Positions 1-12,112 of a DNA stretch of 64,000 bases are shown here, one piece after another. Origin of the DNA: Paragordius varius. Taxonomy: Eukaryota > Animalia > Nematomorpha. Below the pieces are notes generated by a model. It ran no database searches, was not told the origin of the DNA, and saw nothing but the letters and a program-made list of their open reading frames with translations. Positions within the stretch are counted from its first letter, which is position 1. Every line of letters starts with the position of its first letter. A program made the position numbers and the translations under genes. The DNA lies in assembly GCA_964247055.1 (NCBI GenBank), contig OZ176054.1, forward strand, positions 8,742,001 to 8,806,000, in the 5' to 3' direction.

Positions 1-58
1 GTATTAATTATATTATGAAAATAGAAAAACATTATATTTTTGTGGTTAATAAATATAG

Positions 59-3000
59 GTAATGTAAAATCGGTCAGTTACGCAAACATTAAAAAAATAT
101 GTACCGTTATAACCGAAACTCTGGGATGCGGTCCGGATAATTGGACCAAACTAGCCATCGCTATTGACATTGTGAAAGAAATTGTGGAAAAACATGATGT
201 ATGGATTGAGGGTAAATACCAATTTAACCGCGATGACCGCCAAAATAGTATGTTTGACGACGATGTTTCAGATTCAGTTTTAACTGATGGTGGTTTCGGT
301 ACTATGATGGGAGCGTCCAAAAAATCAATGGATAAATTCTACATGATCATTGAAAAAGACGTGAATCAAGAAGATTTTATTCAGGTAAAGCGTTAGGGGA
401 CCTATGAATCGTAAAACACAATAAAATATTAATTTAGAAATCTTTAAAATTATTATGACGTTTATTGGGAATAAATTATTCTTAACTGTTCCGATTGAGA
501 TTTAGTTTACCAATTTAAGTTTTGTGGTACAAAATTATCCTAAAATTTGATCGTCTATTTAAAAAGAAAATTAAAGTGAGTATAAGTTAATTAAAAATAA
601 AAAACATAATATATTCTTTTTCATCTTAAATTTTTTAATAAATAGAATTTATAAAGCAAAAAATATTCCCGAAAGTGTTAAATGTGTATCAATGCATCTT
701 GGTATACTACTTTTAAAATCAAACTATTGAAATATTATATTAGGGCCGTATGCCAGACAATCCCTACAGTTCTTTGGAGGAAGGTTTGGGTCCAACCATG
801 AAGGATATCAAAAATAAAATATGCCGTGATTGTGAACTATTTGCCTTGTTAGATGATGATAGTTGTATGGAGTTATTGGTCGATAACAAAATAGTTAACC
901 TATCATTAAGGGTCAAGGTAAAAACAAATATTTTTTCATAAAGAGTCCTATTGCCACCTCCCCGCGGTGTTGGTTGGGGCATGAAAAGGCGCTAAAGGCG
1001 CCAGTTTCTAATGACCTGTAAAATCATTAGTTGTACACAAGGGCATGTGTTACGTAAAAAATCGCCTCAGAATATGAATTACTTCGTGGTACGAAAACTC
1101 CGAATTCGGAGTCTTACTCTTTATGATGATGATGGAAGTAATGATTTTTATTGTTTCCAAAAAATATATTTGCCCAATTCCTCAGTGTAAATCAATATAA
1201 TTAGGTTCTTTTAGATTTAATTCTTAAATATGCGTTTAAAAATTATGTGATTGTTTTACAATACTAATTGGAAGCTAATAAATGAATAATTCAAATATCA
1301 CCCAAAACTCATGTAACATTGGTTAAAACGGTTGATACTAAAAATATCAAACTTTTTTACACTATGGATCAATTTTTTTATTTTTGAAAATTCGTTATTC
1401 TAAAAAATTTTGATTCATTTTACAATAGGATGTATATCAAAAGGTTTGGCGAGTTACACACCCAAACTCTGATACAATGGTCGTTATATACCGTATTCGG
1501 GGTTTATTAGGTGATGCGACTGAAACATTCATTGAAAGTTTTGATCCCATTCAAGATAAAAGGGAAAATAGTAACGAATCAAAAAATGATAACAAAACTA
1601 TACCTTTGAAAGATGTACAACCAATGAATACACTCGTTTTGGTTTTGAAAGAATCTCATTTTGCCGGATTTTTGCTTACTGTGTAATTTATTTAAAATTA
1701 GTATCATTGAATATAATATGTTAGCAGTTTGATAAATATGTGACAAATAAATTAAAAAAGAGCTCTTAGAGACATAAAATTAATGGAACAATTTTTAAAT
1801 TTTACAAAGTTATATTTCAATGCCGCAATCGATTGAATAACATGTTGAACGTTTTCTTAACAATTAATCTTATATTTTTTAATTTTATTAGAGTATTGTA
1901 TTTCTAAAACCCAATATGGTGTTTATCGTATCTCAATATTATGTATAATCATATAATGACAAATATTTCAAAAGATGATCTATATATATTATATTATTAT
2001 TGAGATGCGGTTTCTTATGCATCAATTAATCATTTTTATTTAATATACTATTTATATTCGAATCAATAGTTTTATTAAATTATAAAATTTTAACATATAT
2101 GGCTTTAGCATAGATTCTTTGCAGGAACCCATGAAGTTTTCCAACCTTTTGTTTAACACGCTGAAAATCATTAAATTTATAACGAAACCGTCTAATAGCC
2201 AAGATTTTGACAACAATGACGAGAATATAATCCTTGATACACTAAACATTATCTTTAAGCTAATAAGCTTATTTACAAGACAAATAGTTAAAGGTTCATT
2301 GAGATCGGGATCGCAAACTATAAATACAAATAGGTAATCTTAGGTTATCATGTTTGAATTCAATAAATATAAAATATAAGGCAGTCACATTTAATACTAA
2401 AAGTTTGTCATTTTTATCTCCAAAATGTTTTTAAAGTATTATTTATTTGTTTAATTAACTTTGCCATTCAAAATATAGACTTGTTTTTAGTGTTTTTAAA
2501 TAAAAATAATTTGGCTTTTACTTTTGTTTTACCATTTTTAGTTTTTTTTAAAAAAGTTAAAAATCTATATTTTTACAATATTTTTTAGATCATCTTCACC
2601 ATTGTTAAGTTATACCGAAAATGCTATTGATAAAACACGTGATGGCTTGATTAAAATATGTTTGGAAATTGCTTTACAGATTATGGAATATAATATCGAA
2701 GGCAACGTAAGTCATTCATGTTCAATAATTTAAATTAATACTAATTATTTTTATACAATTTTAATACCATATAAAAAATTTTTTTTAGCTGACATTAAAT
2801 CCTGAATGGATCAATACCATGCTCTACAACATTGAATCCCTTGAAAATATAAGTCAAAACAATGCTTTAATAGAAAAATTGATTGCATTATTACCGTATA
2901 TGTTGATTGGGGCAAACAAGGCTATGATATTTGCAACACTTAATCACTACAATAATTCATTGAATTTTGAAATGTAAGTTTAATTTTCACTATATTGGTC

Positions 3001-6000
3001 TACACCATATAATTGATTTTCTTTTGATTAATATTGAGGTTGATTATAGCACAATAATAAATTATAAATGTTATATTAGTTAAACCATTTATAAAAGGAA
3101 TTTACGATTGCTATGTAAATATTTTTGCAGTTGTTCTAAATTATAAAATTTTTAATGAACTAAAAAAAGAAATATAAATTTTATTCAACGAATAATTAGA
3201 AGCATGCATTATATATATAATTAATAGGCAGAGACGGAGTAACAAATTAGATAAAATATTTATTACCATTTTAATTCCATTGTGTAAATTTACCCTAAAA
3301 ATATTACTATAAAATATACAATATAATATAAATGTTAGATATGATGCAGAACAACCATTGTCCATGACTCAAAAATTTGACGATTTATGCATATTCCTTA
3401 ACTCATGCCTAAAGGTGTATGAAAATGAATCATCAAAACATCCCCGTGTTAGCCATGATTCTTTCTCCCTACAAATCTTTTTACATAATTTAATAAGCCA
3501 ACAATTACACATGAGTGCAATGAAACAAATTTCAAACAATAACCCTGATATATTAGAAAGAGATGGGATTATAATACAAGCTCTTACTTACATAAGTGGT
3601 AGGGCAGGACATCAGGATTGGAAAAACATTGTAACGGCTAAATTCCCTTCCTTATCCTATGTCCTAAAATTACTCAATACGTTTTATCAAATGGTTTCGA
3701 TTCAACAAATGCCAAAGTATCGAGAAATGCTTCAAAAACGGACAGATATAACGCCTTTCGGTATGACATATATATGTAAAATAACAATCCTTATGATGTA
3801 TTTTGCTGAATTTTTTAAGAGATGGTAATTAGTATAATAGATCAAATCATGTTTGTGAATATAATAAATTTCTTTATTCTATTTGATACTTTATTATAAT
3901 GATGTTACCACTGTAAACATATAAATTACATGGTATTATATATAATTTTAAACACATTAAAATCAGAAGTATTTTAAATTGCCTACATAAAAACTTAAGT
4001 ATGCATTGTTTTATATAAACATATTACAATATTTTATATAGTTTTGCCTGACATAACTCCTTTAATTAAATTGTTACATAAATTGGAACAAGCCTCAACA
4101 GAAGATAGATTGGGTACTTTAGCTGAAACTTTAATGAACACGCTCCTTAAGAGTGATCCTTGTATGCAAACAAAGGTATAAAAAATCTAATTTTTCTTAC
4201 GTTATGGCTAAATTTCTCAATTAATATATCATTTACAGTTCAAATTCACCCTTAAACAATTCAAATTCACCCTTGAACAATTCAAATTCACCCTTGAACA
4301 ATTTAAATTCACCCTTTAACAATTAAAATTCACCTTCGAACAATTCAAATTCACCCTAAAATAAATTATGTATTTTTTAAGATTATATATTAATTATATT
4401 TTTTTATATTTTTTTAAAAAAAAATTTTGTATGTATTTAAAATAATACTGAAAAAATAATAAACTTTGTCATATAAATTATATTTAATTTTAATGATGAG
4501 TTATATTAGACAGAAATTTCATAATTTTTTTTAGGGTGAATTTGAATTGTTCGAGGGTGAATTTGAATTGTTCAAGGGTGAATTTGAATTGTTTAAGGGT
4601 GAATTTGAATTGTTCAAGGGTGAATTATTGTTTAAGGGTGAATTTGAACTGTAAATGGTATATTAACATGTGATTGGTATTGTTTTTAATTTTTTTTTAG
4701 ATTGAAAATATTCGAGAGCAAACTAAACACGATCGAAAAAAAATAGCAATGGCCAAACGTAATAAAAGACTTGAATCTCTTGGAATGAAAGTCATTAATT
4801 AATTAAAATCTAATATATTTTAAAAATTGAGTTTTGATATTTTTTGTCACGCATCTACTAAAGTATTATACATACAGTGAATCCCTCATAATGTCCCTAA
4901 TCGTGTGAGCTCGCTTAATATCCGCATTATATGGCTCTTTTTTAAATTTAAAAATATTTAACAAATTTTTCATTTTTATTATTATTATACGGGCATTAAA
5001 TAAATTTAAAAAATAATTTTTTAACCAATTTGGGCTTTTATATACTCACAAATTACTAAGTTAGTGGGAAGGTATATATATAACTTCAGTCAATTATATC
5101 CCAAAAACTACGACCTTAATCGTAAAAGTGTATGATAATCATTGTTTATAACGAAAGACTAATTACGGGGGTCATTTCAGGGGTCCACTGTATATAATGG
5201 GACAGGTTAATATTTTCAAAAAATTATACGGGCTTAGGTTTTGACAAATTTAATGATATATACAGTTTGATATTCAATATGTGTTGATTTATTCGCGAAA
5301 TATATAATATTCATTCAAACGTTGCATAATAGACAAACACTAAGGGTCAGGTCTTGGTATCAACCAAAATTGTGTCCCCTTTGTCAGAAGAAACTGGATT
5401 TGTATGCTGCATTTGCTTTGAGGGATATCATTTTCAACCAAACAAGGTTTGATTTTATGGGCTTTTTTTACGCAACATAGATTTATTAAATTTAGTTAAA
5501 TTAAATTTTGTTTGTGATAAAGGTTTTGGGGATCTATAATTTATTACGCAAAAATGAATGGATAAACCTTTCCCAAAGCACCAAACGTATGGCATTTATA
5601 AGTTTTTCGAATTTCAATCTTGTCCACATTGATTGCCATGCAGATTCTATCAAGTATATTAATATATTTGATAAAAAATTTGGTTTTTCCAAGATCGGAA
5701 CGGGAAACGTTTTTGCAGAACTGGAACCATTAACTTTTTTGAGACAGTTTTGGTGCTAAAAATATTTTTTTTAAAGTTTTATGTCAATATTGTTTGCTTT
5801 TTATTTAATGGTTATAATCCGTATATTTGCTGTTTAATGCTTATATTTTTGCTAATAAATTATTGTTGATATAATTAAGCTTTGAAACTCTAGGTAAAAG
5901 CATTTGACTAAGACAATAAATGAAACCATTTTTTCGCACAACAAAAATGAACTAAGACCGGAACCAAATATTCTCGCAAATATTGTTTGAGACCAAGTCC

Positions 6001-9000
6001 AGAGACAAAAAAAATCATTTACCAAAAAAATAATTCTGATTACAACATTTTCTTATATATTATTTATCGATACACTTAAAAGACAAACAAAATGCCGCAA
6101 TGAATGGGAAGGAGCTACGCTAATAAATTCCAACATAGCGTGCAACGCATTATTACCTTTGTGGGGCGCAACAGTTAGCGAAACGTCATTTGCACAAGCA
6201 TTAAATAAGTAATTACTTTTTTGGAAATGTATGGTTAAACAATATATTTTAATTTTCCCAAATAATTAAAAATATCAATTTTATTTTATCTTATTTGTTG
6301 TTCTAGATTCTTTAAAAGCGTTCGAGATGCCTGTGGTATAAAAGATGTTACATATGAATATTTGTTTCACGATATAAAGGGTATATTACAAAGATTTGCA
6401 ATTGAGAAGTATTTTACCGATGATCAATGTATTGGTTCGAAAGAAAGTAACCTCAAGATAATTCCATATCTTCTAAGCGTTGCTTGCTACTTAGTGATTC
6501 AGTAATTAATTGGTTAATTATATGTTTTTAAATAATTAATGATTTGGTAGAAATAACCCTTTTACATTAAGCATAAATAATTAAATATTAATTTTTAAAA
6601 TAATGAGGTATAACAATTTATAAGCTATTTGATTAATGCTATACTACAGCTACTGATTTAATATCTTTCTTTTGAGAATCATTTTATCACTTTCTTATAA
6701 AGCATATTTTACGTTCCAATATTTTAATTTATATCTCAAATATGTTTTGCATTGTTAGACACAACCTTTTATCCAACATTGAAAGTAATCTAAAAACATT
6801 TTTGGAGATTTATTCACAACCGTTTGCTTTCGATAATTATAATATTAATTCAAATGATGAAAATCAATCGTCAACTTCAGCTAATAATACCAGTATCTCA
6901 ATAACGGATTCCACTCTAAATAGGAGTACGCTGGAGGAAACTTTGAAAAATTTATATGTTGCAAATCATGATGATGTATATTACTACAGTGTAACCGCCC
7001 TGTTGTGTAAACCCAAAGCATGGTGGCTAAATCAAGGCCATCGATTACTATACATTTCTTTAATGACACACTACTTGCGACACGAGATATCCAACCCAAA
7101 GGATCATGATAATCAAATAAGTTTTCAGGGGTAAATTTTTAAATATTGAAAAAAAAAGTTTTTATTTATATTGTGTGTTTAATAATAGGAACAAATTTTA
7201 ATGATTTCATAATGATAATTTTTTCTAGATTTTGCCGATTTACAGCCAATTGGGATAATATAAAACCACCCGTATTATTTCATCTATTGTGTCAAGGCTT
7301 GTGTAATATAGTAATGCAGGTATACAAAGTTAGCTTAAAAAATGTAGTTTAATTTAATCAGCACATTTTATCATTATGTATCAATCCAAGTGTCGGCAAC
7401 CTTTTTGGAGGTGACCCGTTTTCAATATAGAAATTTGGGTCAGCCCTACGCTTAAAAATATAATAAAATTAGTACTCTATGCCAATATAATAGTATATTA
7501 ATAAAATGAAAAAAATCTTAACATTTCATGCTACATAATAATAATGACAATGTGTCTATTAACAATTTTACACTCCTTTTTAATTAAAAACCCAAAAATT
7601 TGAGATATCATTTTTTTTAGCTAATAATTTATAATTACACTAAACAACAAATTTTTCTGCCACTCGAGTGTTTTGCATTTCCTGATATTTACTATCATTT
7701 TAACAGTAAATCTGAAATAATTTCACTAAGAATTTTGTATAATATGATTTTTTTATGGTTATGCGCCCTCTTTATTAAAATTTACTAAAAAATGCTTTTT
7801 TTTGAAAGTATACAAAAAATGCCCATTTGTAATATATCATTCGAAAGAGTAATAAAAACTCTATAAAATGCATAATAATATGTTTTGCATCGATAGTTAA
7901 TATTGGACATAGAGCGTATAACTTAATATTTTTTAAAACTAATGGATGAAATTAGCTCAAACTTTGGGTAGATGGCAAGGAACCAAAAAAGATATCACAA
8001 TAAAAATTATTGATTAAACGCTTATTTATTGCTTTTATGTCATTCCAAACAGCCATTTTTAATTTTATTTTTTTAGAAAAATACCATAATATTAATATTA
8101 TTTTCTTTAGAAATCTTATAATTTCCAAATTTTAACGACTAGAAATATAGTTTAAGGTATTCAGTCATATATTTACAGCTATAACTATGCATTTCAGTAT
8201 CCATTAGCTATAATTAGAATGATAATCTTTATTAAAAAAGCAAGCAAAAACTTTTTAAAAGATTTTTTTTTAATTAAATACTAAGGTAACCCTAATATTT
8301 AAATTAAAAAAATTTACATTTTTATTTAGTTTGTCTGTGAAAAATTTTGACTTATTTAAAGGTTGAAAATTTTGACCATATAAAGGGATATAACTTTTAC
8401 ATCAGGTTGTTAAATGACTTACTACTGTTCAGATTCAGTTTTTTGCGCTCTTTCGCATGATATTATATACATGGCTCTATCTAAAACTTTTAATTTTGAA
8501 TTTGAATATTAAATCGGGGCAAAAATTTTATATTAATAAAAATTCTTAGGTATTAGACTAATTTTTTTACAGATTTATGTGCCTATTTTAAATTTACAAG
8601 AATGGCACTTAAAAAAAGATTTGTTGTTTAGTGTTATTTTATTGATTTATTAAAAATTCAATGTGCTTTCTGTTCTATAATATACTTTGATAATTCATTT
8701 AATTCTGGTTGTTTTCGATACTAATATTCTCAACAAGGTTTGCAAATTTTATCCGTATACAAAAGTATCTGGTGAAATGAATAAATGGTAAACTTTCTGA
8801 AAAATTGTCATTATTTAAAGGCTGCGTTTCGGCAGGCCTACGGTTAAACTTAAATTTAATTTTTTAAAATTTAAATTTGGCGAGCCAAGTTTGGATCGCG
8901 ATCCTAGGTTGCCCACCCCTGTATTAATTTATTATATATATATATATATTATAAATTTACATTTTGATATTTATCGTTCAACATGATATAAGATAGCTAA

Positions 9001-11022
9001 ATAAATCGAAATGTGTCGACATTCTATGCGTAATAAAAAATATATATTACTATTTTAAAATCTGTCAAACTAATTTTTAAAAGTTTGAATGAGAGGATGC
9101 ATTGAGCCATATTTTGATATACTAAAAATATACATTTTGATGATTTTATGGTTTATAAAAATTAGATAGAAAACATATTTCTTATATGTAGTTTATAAAT
9201 ACGATATTATATTTAAAAAATTGACTAATTTATTGTAGCATATTAATTAATGTGACCAGATATTTTGAACTTTGACGCAGTACAAAATTAAAACATACTT
9301 TGCCTGTTTTTACAACATCGGTGTGATATATTACAGTTTCCACAAAAAAATATCCTAGGAAAATATCAGGATTATCATGGTGCTTTTGGTTAACCTTTAC
9401 GAGTTATTAAAGAAAGTTTTTTACACTTTTGTGATAAGTGCTCCGTATAAAATTGCAAAAGGTGAGTAATTTTTTCAAACATATGTTTTGGTGAAAGCTA
9501 AATGCCTTTTTTAAAAGATATCACTAAAATATTATATAAACTACACATAAAAAGCAAAACAATATTTTTAAAAATTTTAAATTGTTAGATGTGGGTTCTG
9601 AAAGTCTGAATTTTTTTGGCTCTTTCAAAATGGACTGTTTTAAAAACGCAAAAATTCCGACATTGTGTAATAATTTTAAATATATGCAAAATTTTGATAT
9701 GGGCTAAATATATTAATGCATACTTTCAAAATTTAATTTTTAGTGGTATTTTGTTGAAGCGCACTTCCTATTTTGTGCATGATGGAAACGATATAAACGG
9801 TTGAGATGTTATACCATTTATATATATGATTCGATAATGCTAAACATTTTTCTCACTCAGAATTGAGATACTCGTTAGTTTTCTGTTATATAAAAATTGT
9901 CTTTTACAAAATTTCTCCAAAATTTGCTAGCAAACGAACCTTTAAGTTAAAATTCTTTACCTATTATACCTATTCGATCATGCTTAAAATAGTTTAAAGT
10001 ACGCTTCAACAAAACATCCCGAATTTATTTAATCAAAAAAATAAGAAAATAAAAATTAAAGTTTAGGAAAAAAAATTAAGAAATATTATAACTCCCACCT
10101 AATGAGTATAGACGTAAAAACTATTTATTTTTTAAATACAAAAAAAGTTATTTCGTAATCATGTGCCATATATAATAAATTTTATATAATATGTTACGGG
10201 AATAACAATTTTCCGTTTGATATTATAACAAAAAAACTTTCTAAACCTGATCGATTTATTAAAATATAATAAATTAATTTTGCTAATTTAAATTTTGAAG
10301 CACCTCTTTTTGCGGAAGCCCTGAGTAAAAGAGCCATTAGCCTGAATCTTACGGTTGAGTCCGCGATTTATAGTTTCGCCACTGCAGGCTACAATCTTAA
10401 GCGGTTTGACCGATCCAAAACCCAAATTTATAGTTTTTTCCGCAAAATAAACATTTCTTTACAAATTATGTGGTTATTTTTAAAGAGAGTATTAAATTAA
10501 ATTCTAAAATATTTTTTTCGAATAAATAAAAGGATAAAATATTATTTTTCATTTCAAAAAGCAGTACAAAAGTGGGCGCAGTACAGGCGCAGCTTTTTTC
10601 TGAAAACTCAGTACTGTACTGCGAAATACAGCCTATCTGGTCACATTAATATTAATGATAGATAGACGCCAAATTATTAATTATAATTGATAATTCTGTA
10701 TCTATATAGATTTATAAGGAAATTAGTTTTTATATTTACCATTTTATTGTAGGATGCCATAGAAGATGGAGTGCTTTGGCTTTTCGCTTTAAGCAAGTAT
10801 TTGCAAAATAACGATGAACAAATCATTAAAAAGTGTCAGAATTTATTAGTTTTATTTGATAAATGGGTAACTGCAAAGTCTGTGGACAACATTTATTCAA
10901 CGCCAAAGGGTAAGTTAATTTATATAGTAAAAATGTTAGCCAAATATAATATATCCCAATTTTCCATTGTAGATTTCATTGACAACACAAAGAAGCTCTT
11001 AGAAAATTTTCCGAATACATAA
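59..11022 (+). CDS. UBR4: E3 ubiquitin ligase UBR4/p600, C-terminal portion (5' part lies outside the window), multi-exon
   Basis: Spliced translation matches recalled UBR4 C-terminal motifs: EDFIQ|[24 protein letters not shown]; [19 protein letters not shown]; [18 protein letters not shown]; [22 protein letters not shown]; [14 protein letters not shown]|VLGIY; [10 protein letters not shown]; [22 protein letters not shown]; [13 protein letters not shown] exons read: 59-384, 744-917, 1429-~1680, (1680-2113 unresolved), 2114-2333, 2589-2706, 2789-2973, 3339-3760, 4042-4175, 4701-4790, 5333-5446, 5523-5653, 6083-6208, 6307-6501, 6759-7130, 7229-7319, 10753-10909, 10973-11022 (TAA). Confidence 0.93.
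4225..4662. mobile_element. Foldback-like TIR element with 21-bp tandem repeats in both arms, in a UBR4 intron
   Basis: Left arm has ~6 copies of ttcaaattcacccttgaacaa and the right arm carries the reverse complement. Termini are tatatcatttacag / ctgtaaatggtata, TA-flanked, with an AT-rich ~150-bp centre. Confidence 0.85.
4875..5190. mobile_element. Tc1/mariner-type MITE
   Basis: Imperfect TIRs cagtgaatccctcataatg / catttcaggggtccactg, with TA on both sides (4873-74, 5191-92). Confidence 0.7.
7387..8921. mobile_element. Non-autonomous hAT element (probably with nested repeats) in the 3.4-kb UBR4 intron
   Basis: TIRs caagtgtcggcaacct / aggttgcccacccctg. Flanks tatcaatc and tattaatt match at 6/8, consistent with a decayed 8-bp TSD. 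Confidence 0.6.
9248..10648. mobile_element. Non-autonomous hAT element
   Basis: TIRs taatgtgaccagata / tatctggtcacatta. Identical 8-bp flanks atattaat at 9240-9247 and 10649-10656. Confidence 0.75.
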
Positions 11023-11044
11023 TATAGTGCAATTTATTAGATTC

Positions 11045-11065
11045 AATAAATGTCGTACATTTATT
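11045..11065. terminator. Opposed polyadenylation signals between UBR4 and RPS29
   Basis: AATAAA on + at 11045-11050 (23 nt after the UBR4 stop) and on - at 11065-11060 (28 nt after the RPS29 stop). A further - strand AATAAA lies at 11038-11033. Confidence 0.5.
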
Positions 11066-11092
11066 AATTAATATAAAATTTTACATATGAAA

Positions 11093-11284
11093 TTAATCAA
11101 GCTAAAATTAATATGGTAATACCTTCACAAATCCAATATCATTTGCGTATTGTTTGAAACATTTTCTACACAAATTTAATCCATATTTTCGAATTAATCC
11201 ATGAGGATTTGCGCACGCTCTACATTCTCTCGATCCTTTTCCAAACTTTCTTGGGTGGCTATACCAAATTTTATTTAGTCCCAT
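11093..11284 (-). CDS. RPS29: 40S ribosomal protein S29 (uS14); exons 11284-11123 and 11101-11093; 21-nt intron
   Basis: Translation [54 protein letters not shown]|LD* has the CxxC...CxxC zinc motif and the canonical GFxKLD end. Too short for the ORF track. Confidence 0.96.
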
Positions 11285-11530
11285 GTGTAAATTATCGGAA
11301 ACACTTTATAACACAAGGTATATTAAAAGATTTTTATTTTAAATTTTAGTTTTGTATAGTAACACAAAGAACATCCGCTATTATAAGACTTAAATAAATA
11401 CCAAATTAAAATAGTAGGTACCCGCGATTTTTTTACTAAATACTGTCTTAATTTATTATATATGCTTCGCTCCAAATAAAATAATTAATGTTGCATGATT
11501 TGGCGTACTATATCTTATAGGAAATATTAA

Positions 11531-12112
11531 CACTTCGATTCAAATTGGGGTATATAAATACCCCAGACTTAATTTAAATTAATATTTTTAAAAAACTACT
11601 GAAGAAAATGGTCCCAATTTAAATTTATGCTTCTATTCTAATAAATATTATATAAATATGCCAAAATATCTTGATAAAATTTTGTTTTGAAAAAATAGCT
11701 CCATCTCAAACTACTTCGACGCCATTTTTATTTTACAAAATTTTTGCAAAATATCGTCTTTATTTAATTATAAGGCTAAAACTAAAGCTAATTTTTTATA
11801 TAAATTACATCTAACATTGATAGAAATAGAAAAAGCGGTTTAGTTTGTATAATTTTTCAATTTTACAATTTGACACATGTCACGTTGACGAAATTTTTAC
11901 CTTTCGGTTTTAGCTTAAAATGTGTAATATCAAGTATTTTTGAATAAAATTTTTTATATATTTCGGTTTATTAATGTTATATAAGTGCAAAATTTTGCCA
12001 TGGTTTCGATTCCTTCCATACTTTTTAAAGTATTTGATTTTAAACAGGCCTGGGGTATCCAACTACCCCAATTTTAATCGAAGGACTAAAATGAGTGTGT
12101 TGAATCCAAGTG
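11531..12112 (+). mobile_element. TTAA-specific MITE (~580 bp), piggyBac-like, full-length copy
   Basis: TTAA on both sides (11527-30, 12113-16). Ends cacttcgattcaa / ttgaatccaagtg. A 20-bp inner IR (cttcgattcaaattggggta) starts 2 nt from the left end but lies 29 nt inside the right end. Confidence 0.85.

Noticed and set aside
1681-1770. Possible 19/21-nt and 43-nt introns in UBR4
   Set aside because: Several splice combinations are possible and none could be validated against homology by eye; left unresolved.
4238-4660. Regular 21-bp repeats as a CRISPR-like array
   Set aside because: The repeats are contiguous with no unique spacers, are mirrored in an inverted arm, and lie in a eukaryotic intron.
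9360-9465. Exon-like segment [34 protein letters not shown] with a gtgagt donor inside the UBR4 intron
   Set aside because: Its phase does not fit UBR4. Similarity to ~39.9-40.6 kb (- strand) continues through hundreds of non-coding bases, and related text occurs near 12.9, 13.75 and 42.6 kb, so it is a dispersed repeat.
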